From Camelus ferus (taxonomy: Eukaryota), in assembly GCF_009834535.1 (NCBI RefSeq), contig NC_045697.1, forward strand, positions 5,830,001 through 5,894,000: a DNA stretch of 64,000 nucleotides. Direction: 5' to 3'. A program made the position numbers and the translations under genes. The notes under the pieces were generated by a model. That model was not told the origin of the DNA. It worked only from the letters and a program-made list of their open reading frames with translations, and ran no database searches. The stretch's first letter is position 1. Each line of letters begins with the position of its first letter. This document shows positions 37,200 to 48,539 of this stretch, piece after piece.

Positions 37200-38400
37200 G
37201 ACCTGCCCGGAGGAAACATACTGCGGAAACACGCGGGGACGAGGACAGACAGACAGACTCAGGCACACGGACACTTTCAGGCTCACCTAGGGCTCTTCGG
37301 TCCGCAACGCAGACGCTCAGGGACATCCGAGCAGAGCGCGCACCTTCGGAGCCCCCGGCGCCCAGCTCCGTCGCAGCCACGCCTCCCGCGCCCACCCTCT
37401 CGGGCGGCTCAGGGCGAGCCCACCGCCCCCCACCTCCACCCCAGGAGCCCGAGGGAGGCGCGCGGGCAGGGCTGGGTAAGCCGGCATCGGTTCAGGAGAC
37501 GGAGCTGCGGATAGCGGGCGGGGTCGGGACGCGCGGATACGGGAGCGGGAGGACGTCGGGGCAGGGCTGGCCCGGGGCCAAGGCATCGGGGGCGGGGAGA
37601 GGCCCGCGTGGGTCTAGAGTGGGCGGGAGGGCTGTCCCGGACTTTGCGGAGTGAGGGGAAGTGGGCAGTGCGCACTGGGGAGCGCGAAGAAGCCGAGGCC
37701 AGCCCGGGTTAGCCCAGGTCAGCGGGGTGGGGGCGGTGGTAAGTCGATCGGGCGGGTACCTTGACCGAGGGCAGAGGGGCAGAAGGCGGGAGACTAGGCG
37801 TCCGAGGGTGATCAGGACAAGGCAGAGGGCGTCGGGGCTAGGGCAGGGGACAGGAGCAGCAGGTGGGGCCCAGGTCGCAGCCACCCCGGGGACTAGACGC
37901 AGTGAGGGTCGCTCAAGGATGCACGAGGGCCAGGCGCCGCCTGCATCTCCCCAGGCCGCTCGGGGCGGCCCCGACAGGGTGACGTCGGGGCCCGCGGCCT
38001 GTCTGCCGCCCCAGCTCCTGGCCTCGGGGTCCCCGACGTCCCCGCGTCCCCCCCTCGGCGGGGCGCTGTCCGCGCCAGTTTCCCGCAGAAGCTGGCGGAG
38101 GCGCTGAGCAGCCAGTACGGGCTGAACGTGTTCGTGGCGGGGCTGCTGTTCCTGCTGGCCTGGGCCGTGCACGCCTCGGGCGTGGGCAAGAGCGACCTGC
38201 TGTGCTTCCTCAGCGCGCTCATGCTGCTGCAGCTGCTCTGGATGCTGTGGTACGTGGGCCGCAGCTCCGCGCACCGCCGCCTCATCCGCCCCAAGGACAC
38301 GCACGCCGGCGCGCGCTGGCTCCGCGGTGAGTCTCCCGTCCGCGAACCGGCGGGCGGGCCTGCTCGCCCGCTCCCTGCAGCCCGGCCGCGCCTCTGAGCC
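37200..38400. promoter_or_regulatory. OTOP1 CpG island / promoter
   Basis: About 1.2 kb of very GC- and CpG-rich sequence spanning the upstream region and exon 1; multiple GC boxes (gggcgg). Confidence 0.85.
37919..38326 (+). CDS. OTOP1: OTOP1 (otopetrin-1 proton channel) exon 1, with an apparent frameshift at about 38039-38055
   Basis: aggATGC starts MHEGQAPPASPQAARGGPDRVTSGPAACLPPQLLASGSPTSP (resembles the recalled OTOP1 N-terminus). The conserved PRRGAVRASFPQKLAEALSSQYGLNVFVAGLLFLLAWAVHASGVGKSDLLCFLSALMLLQLLWMLWYVGRSSAHRRLIRPKDTHAGARWLR is in a different frame. Donor CGCG|gtgagt. Confidence 0.9.
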
Positions 38401-40009
38401 CTTCCCTCCTCGACTTTTCCCTTTAGTCTTTTCTTCTCGTGCACCTCTGCTGGCTCCCCCACCCCACCTCCTGCCTTTCCTTCTCTCTTTTTCTTTGTTA
38501 AGCCTTTATTATTCAAGCAGCCTCCTCTCTCTGCCTCCAGACTCTTGCCTTACATTCCATCGTTAGAGCCACAGTTACACAAACCTGTTCACACGTTTCC
38601 TTGGCTTAAAACCCTGCTGTGGTTGCACTGACCCCATGATGGAGGCCACACTCGCCGTCCTGGCATTCAAGGCCTTCTAAGATCTGGCCCCGGATAGCCT
38701 CTTCCATTTTAGCCCCTCCTTTGCCTCATTCTGTGCGCCAGTCTCAAAGGCTTTCAGTTCCCATCACAAAATCTCATGTTTCCATGCCTTAGTATATTCT
38801 GTTCCCACCTCTTGGAATGCCTCCCACCTGCTTTGCTTTCAAAGACAGGGCTCAGGTCCCACCCTATCTCCCTCCAGTGGTGCTTTTCCGACATCAACCC
38901 CCACCCCTACCACCAACCCATCACTTTGTGGTTCTGACCACACTCCTTTTCCCCTCACTGCACCCTAGGTAGGCACTGTTCTTCCTGTTAACACTTATGT
39001 CCTCTCCACCACACTGGAGGAACTCTTCAGTGCTCATCTCGTGGTCCTAGGGCCACCTCAGGGCCTGGCACAGAGCGGGTGCAAAGGAAATGCAGTTGGG
39101 ATGAATGATGTAATGAATAAGTGGATAAACGTTCCAGGCAGTGGGGACAGAAGCACTTGCTAGTCACTCACAACACATCGATTGAAACATTGTCAAGATA
39201 AGAACACTCCTCTCCTCAAGGAGCTTCTGCTCTTGAAAGGGAGATAGACATGATACAGGTCAGAGGGAGGAGGCTGTGGGAAGTCTGATTGTGGAGAAAG
39301 CCGCTGTCTGAGAAAACTTCATGGGAGGGGCCAGCTACATTTCACTCCGTGTGGTCCAGACACGTCACACTTCCCTGTCTGAATCTCAAGTTAGACCTGA
39401 ATTTAAGACCATTGTTGTCACTTTCCTTGCGGGATGTTGGGCAAATTACTTAATCTCTCCAACCCTTAGTTTTGGCAAGTGCAGAATGAGACTCAAACAC
39501 TCTGTAGGATCAGGGACTGCTGGGTACAGGGTGGGCTCCCAGCACGCGTTCGTTTTCCCTCCCACCCACAGTCTCAGCAAAGGCTTGGCCTCAATGCAAC
39601 TTTCTCCACCCACCTGGCAGAAATGACCCCTCACTCCCACGGGTCACCGAGGCTCCCTCTGTGTAGCACTCTTTTGGTCCTTGTCAATTTCTGCCTTGTC
39701 TTGTGACTAGCTGGATGTGAGCCTTGTGACCCGGAGGATTTCAGGTTTCTTAGGCTCAGGGTTCTTAGGTTCCTCTTGCCTTGGGAAAAACTGCACACAG
39801 CTCCAGGCTGGCGCAAATGCCTGCTCTGAAAATGGTTGTTTAAGGGAGGTTTGTAGTTTTATGACTCTGTGAATGACAATGAGTCCAGGGCCCTATCAAA
39901 CAAACAGACAAGGATGAAATGTTATTTTGAGGCTATTGACTTAAATAGGTAAACTATCACACACACAGGCTTCTGGACTCTGCTTTCCCATAGTGGCAGG
40001 GTCCTTCCT

Positions 40010-40263
40010 TTGTTCCTTCCTCACTTCCTCCCCACCATGCTTCTGCCCTTCCTTTTTCCTTCCCTCCTTCCTGTCTTCCCCCATCCTTGACCATCCTTTC
40101 CTTTCTTCTTCACCCTCCCAGTTCCCTCCTCATTTCTCTGTCCTCTGTCCCTCTTTCCCTCCTTCCTTCCTTTTCTTTCTCCCTCCCTCCTCTCATCTCT
40201 CCTTCTTCTCTCCCTCCCTCAACCCTATTCTTCCTCACTCTTCCCTCCTCTCTCCCTCCTTCC
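40010..40263. repeat. Low-complexity CT-rich tract
   Basis: About 250 nt dominated by ccttcc/ctccct with few purines. Confidence 0.75.
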
Positions 40264-42227
40264 AGGAAACCTCGAAGCACTGTGGCCTGAGTCAGTGGAT
40301 GAATGGAGGTGCCAGTTCCCCAAATTGGGAAGCCAGATGGAGGAATAGGGGTGGGACTGCAGAATCAGGGTCCCTCTCGTGGACGTGTGACATTTGCGAT
40401 GGCAGTTAGACATCAGGTAGAGCTGGAGTAAATGAGGCAAGTTAGAAAGAGCACATAGTAGGTGCTCAGTAAATGATGTGACTGTTTAGACTCTCAGCAA
40501 GTTGCCCCAGAATAACATAGCTCTCAAGGGAGATACGTGGATAACGGAACGCTGCTAGCCCTGGAGGGCGTGGCTTGATGTCTCAGCTCTGTCGCCTTCG
40601 CTTTCCTGAGTCCTGGTTTCCTCACCAGTAAAATAAGAATTCCGGCCACCTCTTAGGGAGGAGCTGGGAGATGTTGAGTGAACGCAGTTTGCAAAGTTTT
40701 GATAAAACACAGCTTATCAAAGAAGCAGGAGGGTAATTATCCCAAAGGCTTTCAGGAGGCCATGGGGCCAAGGAAAGTGCCTTCAGCCCCGGCAGGAACT
40801 GAGGTTTTCTCTGGAATCATAGCCAGCAAGACAGGTTTGACTTAGCTCTGCCCTGGCTTCTGTGACAGTCTTCAAGATCTGGGGCTCTGAGAGAGAGGGC
40901 CCGTCTGCGGAGGTCTGGGCACTGAGGTTTTCCAGAGATTGTTTTTGCATCGTGATGTGGGCTGTGAGGCATTTCTTTGAGCAGGAAACAGTTGGCTCCA
41001 CCTACTGGGTGTGAGAAAGTGAAGACTTTTTTTGGAACAAAAATATTGACCTATTTAAAAAAAAATCAGTAGAAATGATGAATTATTCATCTAGACTGTG
41101 TATTTGCTAAGTACAGAGATTGATTTCTTCTGGAAGGAGTGGCAGCAGCTGGGGCACCTTGCACCAGCCCAGGGTGTGCGGGGACGTGAAAACCTAGTGA
41201 ATAGCTGTTTCATCCAGTTAATCACCAGGGTCTTGTTTCTCGTCTCTTAAAAGACTACCGCAGTGAAGGCAGGTTTCTTCCTTGTTTCTGGCCTGTCTCA
41301 AGCCCAGAGAAGCATTATTAACACAAAATCATGACAATGACGACAATAAGGCTAATAACTAGGTTTCCTGAGTGCATTCAGAGCGCAGGTACTTTAGAGG
41401 CACTGTCCCAGCTGTTGGTCACGGCAATTCTTTCTCTGCACATGGGAATAATCACTCCCAAATCTACTCCTTTTATGAGATCAGATTTTTACAATGTGCT
41501 TTTTCTTTCTTTCTTTTTTGTGCTTCTTATTTCAAATGAGGCATATCTGTGTATACAACACACTGCATCTCGGTCTAGCCTGCCATCCCTGGAAAAGGGC
41601 ACTGTGCTTTTTGTCCCTAAGGGACTAGAAGTAAGCTGCTTATGTAAGATCAGCCCAGGGGAGGTGGCCATACAGGTGGTAGAGATAAAAAGTTCAGGAC
41701 ACAATGATGGATTTTGGAAACCATTTCCACGTGTGAGAAAGTGAAGGTTGCAAAAAGAGATGGTTCCAAGGACCTGTGCGAAGAGGGGCGGGGCGCTGCA
41801 GGGGATGGTGGCAGAGAGCAGGGGAGGGCCGAGAGGGTAGGGATGAAGGCTGCAGGATGTCAAGATGCAACTGTTCCTGCTCTCAGGGAGCCCACAGTCT
41901 TGTTGCACACCAGGACTCACAGAAACCCCTAGAGGATGATTGACAGGTTTGCAAAACCTGGTGTGCAGTCTGGTGTGGTGGAGGAGGGAGCGGTCAGGGT
42001 GGGTCCCCGTGGGATCCCAGCCCACCCCGATAACTTCCCGGCAGATGCAGACAGTTCATGAACTCTGGTCTGGACTTCACTTTGTCTCCCTCCTCACAAT
42101 GCATGCTCATCTCAGTCTGATAGCTTTGCTCTGCTGCAGACACAGCCCTGCCCAGACACGCCTTGTTTCTTTGGGCTTCTGTCCCTGCTGTGGGTAACGC
42201 CAGCCCGTATCAGTGTCCCAGAAATAA

Positions 42228-42479
42228 TTCTTCCCCTTCCCCCTCTTCTTCTTCCCTTTCTTCCCTTTCTTCCCTTTCTTCCCTTTCTTCCTCTTCTTCC
42301 TCTTCTTCTCCTTCTTCTCCTTCTTCTCCTTCTTCTCCTTCTTCTCCTTCTTCTCCTTCTTCTCCTTCTTCTCCTTCTTCTCTTCTTCTTCTTCTTCTTC
42401 TTCTTCTTCTTCTTCTTCTTCTTCTTCTTCTTCTTCTTCTTCTTCTTCTTCTCCTCCTTCTCCTTCTCCTTCTCCTTCT
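42228..42479. repeat. 252-nt pure polypyrimidine compound microsatellite including (CTT)23
   Basis: No purines between 42228 and 42479; (TTCTTCCCT)n, (TTCTTCTCC)n, an uninterrupted (CTT)23 at 42382-42450, then (CTCCTT)n. Confidence 0.95.
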
Positions 42480-42480
42480 A

Positions 42481-42800
42481 AAACAATGATTTTCTTGAGA
42501 TATAGCCCGCATACTGTACAATTCACCCATTTAAAGTGTGCATGAGCCACCAGTTTGCAGAATATTCACAGACAGGTGTAACCATCACCACGGTCAATTT
42601 TAGAACATTTTATTGTTGCAAAAAGAAACCCTGTGTCCTTTAGATGTCATCCCCCTATACCTCTTACCCACCACCCCAGGCCCTCCCAGGCAACCACGAT
42701 CTACTCTCTGTCTCTAGATTTGCCTGGTCTGGACATTTTTATAAATGGATCTCATCTTGGCAACTGGCTTCTTTCACTTAGCATATGTTTTCAATCTCAT
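42481..42800 (-). mobile_element. Old L1 (L1M-type) 3' end, antisense
   Basis: tgagatatag...aattcacccatttaaagtgt...accatcaccacggtcaattttagaacatttt...aaaagaaaccctgt hallmark. Confidence 0.75.
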
Positions 42801-45800
42801 GGCCGTCCTGGAGGTGGGCGTTATCACCACCATTTTCCAGACCAGGAAGCTGAAAGGGCTTCGGGGGCAGGTTTGAGCCCTTGTCACTGGAAATATTCAA
42901 CAGTGGAAATCACTGGAAATATTCGAACAGAGTGAGAAAGAGAAGGAGGACATGCTCCTTGCTTCGGTGCCGTGGGGCGATGCTAACAGGAGGTGGAGAA
43001 GGTGAAACCCTTTACATGCGTTTTGCTTGTCTTCTCCGTCTTGCAGAGGGATCTCTGGAACCTGCAGAGAGGAATGGGGAAGGCAGCCAAGCCCACAGCC
43101 TGGGGGTGACTTTGGTGGTGGCTGGGAGGAAACTGTGGTCCGGTTTTGTTCGACAGCCTGAACTGAGCTCCCTTTCTGTGCCAAGCACTGGCTGGGCTCT
43201 GGGACGGCAGGATGATGGAGGCGGCCCTGCACGGAGGGCTTCAGGAGAGGGCGAGGGTGGGGCAGTGAGGAGCAGCAGAGCATGATGGCTAGGAGCCTCC
43301 TGCCCCTGGCAGGGCATGTAGCCCCCCTTCTCTGCCTCAGCTTCCTCATCTGTTTAATGGAGATGATCATGGCCCCTACCCCACAGGGTTGTATGAGAAT
43401 CAGTGAGTTAGTACCTATAGAATGCTTAGAGGAGCCCCTGGCATATAGTAAGGGACATCGATTATTATGATGAAATAAACAATTCAGGGCCCAGGGTGGG
43501 TGGGTGGATAGAAGGGTAGCCTGGGGCAAGGGTTAAAAGTTTAGGGAGAGGTCCCAGAGGAGGACCTTCTGCTTTTGCTGGAGTCTGAAAGTGAGTCTAG
43601 AACCCTTCATGCAGGCATCAGACCTTGGCTTTGTCTAGTGGGCAGTGGGGAGCCATTGAAGTTTTTAAAAGAAGGAAGTGATGTGATTAGATTTGTATTT
43701 CAGAATGGCCATTCTGTCTGCAGGGTGAGGCCTGGTTTTCAGAGGAGTAAGCAGGAGGCTGGGTGATCAGTAAGGAACTGACTAATGAGAAAGCTACCCT
43801 GAATTTAAATAATGATCAGAGAACACACAGAATATAGAGAACAGTGTGACAGTGACATCCAGCAAAATTCTGGAGCAGAGAAAGATACAAGGGGTTTTGA
43901 ACGGTTACTTCAGGAAGGGGAGCAGTGCTCCCAAGGCCCAGCCTGCGGTCACTGTGAGAGAGAGAGTCTTGCCTAACTCCTTGAATTTTCTTCCATATTT
44001 GGTGTGCTGGGGTGGGATTTCTGGTCTACTATAGAAAATACAGACCTAATGTCAGGACTGCAGCATCAACAAGATGATGCTGGCTGGGCACTGATTGGAA
44101 AGGAAGTCAGGCTGCGCATGGAGTGTCATGTCCCCCTTTGAGCATTGTGAGCACCTATAGGAGGGCGGAACAAAAGGATGTTCAGTCTGAAAGAGAGAGG
44201 ACGTGAGCTGGTGGGGAAGAAAGTGCAGCAGCCCAGCTCCCGTCAGCTCCAGGCCATCCTTCTGCTCACAGCAAACCAGAGCCACTTCTCCAGGGAAGCC
44301 CTTCCTGATGGCTTCAGACCAGATGCGGCTTCTGGGCTGAATGTTCTCATAGTACCCTGTTCGTTTTCTTCTTAGTGCTTACTGAGCGGGAGATTGTGTT
44401 ACTTTGTTTGTTGATCTGACCAGACTGTGAGCTCTTGAGGGCAGAGACCTTGTGTGAATGTGCTTCCCACTATAACCTGAGCTCCTGGCACAGTGCCCAA
44501 CCTGTAATAAGTGCCAACTGGTATTTACTAAATCATCAACTGAATGAGTGGATGGACGAATGAGAGTGACGGCAGAACCTCCAGCGAAGAGGATGGCAGG
44601 TCTGGGAGACTGACCGCAGTTCAGTGTAAGGACGAGCATCCTAATATAAGCACCAGCTGGTGAAAGAAGGGCGCACCGGGACGGCCAACCTCCCGGCCCT
44701 GGGCATGTCCTTCCAGGTGGGGACCAGACGGCTGCTGGTCATGAGGTACTGGGAAGCACCCTTCCTTGAGATGGGAGATGCAGACAAGCTTTGTGGGCCC
44801 TTCCACCTCTAAGGTTCTAGACTCCCAGGAGGGATTTGGGTTCCTAACACAGACGAGGGTTCTCCCCTCTCCTAATACTACACATTTCAGGATTATTCTC
44901 AAGCAATGTGGCTGGTAAACTTTCTAATTAGTTCTAATTTGTTGGGTGTTTCTTTGTGATGGTAGTGATGACAATAACATTCCCTTTATAGAATTTTCTT
45001 CTAGGTGCTCTTCATTTAGTGACTCATTTCATCTCCTCTACATCCCTCAGAGATAGTCAGTCTTCTTATTATCCACATTTGACAGATGGGGAAGCTGAGG
45101 CACAGAGAAGTTAAGTAATTCTCAATGTCATAAACTATAGTATGTGGTAGAAAAACAATATGAAGCCAGGTAGTCGGCTCCTACCACTACACTCTATGTA
45201 CAGTCTTTTTATATAAGAGATTTTTGTCAGTATGCAAGGTGACATTATAAAACCAGGTTTATTGATTGAGTGTCCTGTCTTATGTCTACTAGATCTGTTT
45301 AGTTCTGAAATCTTCCACTCTTTTTTTGTTTTAAGTAGCAGTTAGATATACAAAGCAAAAACTAATCTACTTGGGCACACGTGTGGCTATTGTATCTTCC
45401 TCATATGTCATGGTTATTTATTTATTTTTTTCCTGTGTAATAATAAAGGTGGGGGACTTCCTTGTCCTATTTTTTACATTGAACCCTAAGTCCCACGTGG
45501 TCTGATATTAATGGTCCTGTTTCTCCCGTCTTTTTGTTTGTGTCGCCTACTTCCTCTCAGTCCAGCACTCTATTTCCCTCTGTTATCACTTAGTTAAAAG
45601 TGTGATTCATATGAAGAACATATAGCTAGGTTTTATTTTTAATTCAATATTCTCATCCTTGTTTATTAATTAATGAGGGATTTAGATCATTCTAATTTAC
45701 TGTAACAATTTGTGTAGTGGACTTTATTGTTTCCATTTTTAAGTGATTGTAATGATTTATTTTATATACTGTTCCCACATTTTTCTTTTCCACATGCTTG

Positions 45801-46227
45801 TTTTTGGAGCCCTTGAACATTTTATTGTGTGTTTCTATTCCGTTGATGGCTAGCTTCCTTTTCCTCATTCTCATAATCAGATGCACATTACTTCATTCTT
45901 ATCTGGAAGCCCAAATACTCCATATCTCCCCTGGCAAGACACATTGCTTGCTCCAAGACACTCCCATTTCCTTTCTATTCCAGTGAGATAAGACTTTTAG
46001 AATACATTTGTTTCCCTTTTCCCCCTGGTACCCATCTCTGCCTTGAGAACTTTGAAAGGTTTTTCATCTCTGCTCCTCATTCAGTCCATCCTCAACTTTA
46101 TTCTATGTCACAAATCGTTACAGAGTGTGTAAATTAGACATTTCCAGACAAGTTATCTTCCATTTGGATTTAACTTCTCTTATCTGTTTTCTTTTCTATT
46201 AATTTGTTCATCTGTCTACCAGACTCA

Positions 46228-46370
46228 TTCACCCATCCTCCCATCCATCCTCCATTCATCTTTCCTCCATCCATCCATCCTCTATCCATCCATCCATCCA
46301 TCCATCCATCCATCCATCCACCCATCCGTCCTCTATCCATCCATCATCCATCCATCCACCATCCACCCAT
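46228..46370. repeat. (CCAT)n / (TCCA)n tetranucleotide repeat, degenerate
   Basis: Multiple runs of ccatccatccat. Confidence 0.85.
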
Positions 46371-47262
46371 TTTACACCCTCCCTCTCTTCCTCCTTTTTC
46401 TTCTTCCTTCCATTACACATTCATCTACATCTTCAATCTATTGCAAAGTTTATTGCTCACTCTTGTTCCCCCTCCTCTTCATCTCTTACTTTGAGGACTC
46501 TCTCCTAGTTCACTGGCGGTTTGGTTAAAGCCCTTTGTCAGGCTAGTTATGTGGGTGACATTTTCCCTCCATTTCTTTTTTCTCTGTCACCTTCTCAGAA
46601 AATTCTTTTCTGACCACCCACCCTCACCCTCAGTCCTCCCAGCTTTACTCTTATCCAGGCACTCGGCACTTCCTGGTGTTTCTTCTATGTTTATTATTTA
46701 TTTGCTTATTTTTCTGACTTCCCCACTAGAATGTTAAACTCACCAAGGGCAGATACTTTATTTTATTGACAATTTTCTATCCCAAGTGCCTGGACCGTAG
46801 CTGGAGCTCAACAAATAACTGTCAATGATATTTGGCGTCTCCTCAACCATCTTTCTGACTTTTGCCTTGACAACTGGGTGACATTTTGGCTGGGAACAGG
46901 GTTATTGAGATGCAGCCCTTTTCTTGTGGTTCATCTTAGCTTCTTTTCCACTGGCTTCCAGATTCCCCATGATGCAGATGAGAAGTCTGGTACTAGCTCA
47001 TGCCTCTGTATTTTGTGCACACCCCAATTTATGCAATGTTATACGTGAGTATTTTTGTCTCTCCAGCAATCTTATTTGTATACCTTTGAGCCCCTGGCAA
47101 AATGCCTCATGGATAGTAGGATTCCCCAAATATTTGCTGTATAAATAAATGGATGGGAGGATGGATGAAGGAAGGATGGAAGGACTCCAAGAGTGTGAGA
47201 AGACATATGATGTATTCATCACAACTCTTGAAATGTGAATGAGAGAGATGCTCCTAGAGATG

Positions 47263-47451
47263 CTGTTCTTCTCAAGGCGGGGGTCCCAGACCCACAGCCT
47301 CACCCCGATCTGGGAACTTGTCAGAGGTGCAAATTTGGGGGCCCCACCCCAGACCTACTGAATTAGAAACTCGGTGGGTGGGGCCCAGCTCTCTAGGTTT
47401 TAACAAGCCCTCCTGGTGATTCTGACGCAGGCTCAAGTTTGAGAACCACTG
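47263..47451. mobile_element. MER5A-like hAT-Charlie MITE
   Basis: ggccccaccccagacctactgaattagaaactc...ttttaacaagccctcctggtgattctga...aagtttgagaaccactg; about 190 bp with degenerate TIRs. Confidence 0.85.
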
Positions 47452-48539
47452 CTGGAGACCCATCCCATTTTATAGATGAGAAAACTGAGGCTTGGAGCAG
47501 GGGAGTGACCTGCCTGAACTCACACCTTCCATCAGTGGCACAGCCAGGTTCTTATAGTTACAGCTGTGGTCTTGCCAACCCCACCAGGCTGCCTCAACGC
47601 ATCTGGTTACTTCTCTTTGTCATCAAAATGAACCACGCATTTGTCAAACCATTTCAAAGCATGGGGATTGAATGTCCACTCTTATAAGCATTCTTACTTC
47701 ACTGGGGGTTTTCCAGGATGTAAAAAAAAAGTGACTTAGAGTTGTTTCTATAAGACTTTGAGCAATGGAAAGGAGCCAGGCGATTGCATTACTCACTGCA
47801 GGCTTCTTAGGTGGGGGCTGTAAGTTTATAGCTCCCCGTCAGGCTCAGGGCCTTCTCTGGGGCCGTGACGCATCCCACACACGAGCCGGTTTCCTCGCGT
47901 TACTGGGAGAGGGCGTGTGTGTGGTGGTGCCTGTTGGTCCAGGAGCGGAATTAGGGACTTTGATGTTGATCAAGTCCCCGTGATCGATGCTTTTTTCTGG
48001 CTGATTTCTTCATTTGGTTACAAGTTTCTTTTTAATGTATTTTGTGTACTCCTTCCCAGTCTTATTCACATGCCTATTTTTAGTACGTTTTCATATTTTT
48101 TGTCAACCGTGCTGGATATACTGTCAAAGAATGTTCCTTTTCTTCACTTCACCTAGCACTGCCCTTTCTATGGCTGCTATAGACCCCGCCCTATAGTTAA
48201 AAAAAACTGAACTTTCTATTTTACAGAAGAGATGCAAAGATAGGACAGAAAGTTCCTGGACACCTGTATACTCCTGACTTTTATTCTTTAGAGAGCAGGA
48301 TTTTAGGATAAGAGAACCGAGATTTTTGAACAGAGCAGTGACACTCCTAGGTTGATCATTTTGGGTGGAAATCTTCTAGAGGTCTTCTGCTGCTTTGGCA
48401 ACTTTGTTGAATGTATATCTCTTGTCAGACTCTGAGATATACACAGGGTAGGTACAATGAAAAATAGGACACGGTTTTACCTTCTAGATTCAGCTCACCA
48501 AGCCAATAGTACAATTTGTTTTGTACATATTTAAAAATT

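Noticed and set aside
37492..38516. Long minus-strand ORFs (270 aa, 207 aa) over OTOP1 exon 1
   Set aside because: Shadow ORFs expected in very GC-rich, stop-poor CpG-island/coding sequence; no protein similarity recognised.
42107..42550. Poly-E/K, poly-R and poly-S/L ORFs
   Set aside because: Translation artefacts of the CTT/GAA microsatellite, which contains no stop codons.
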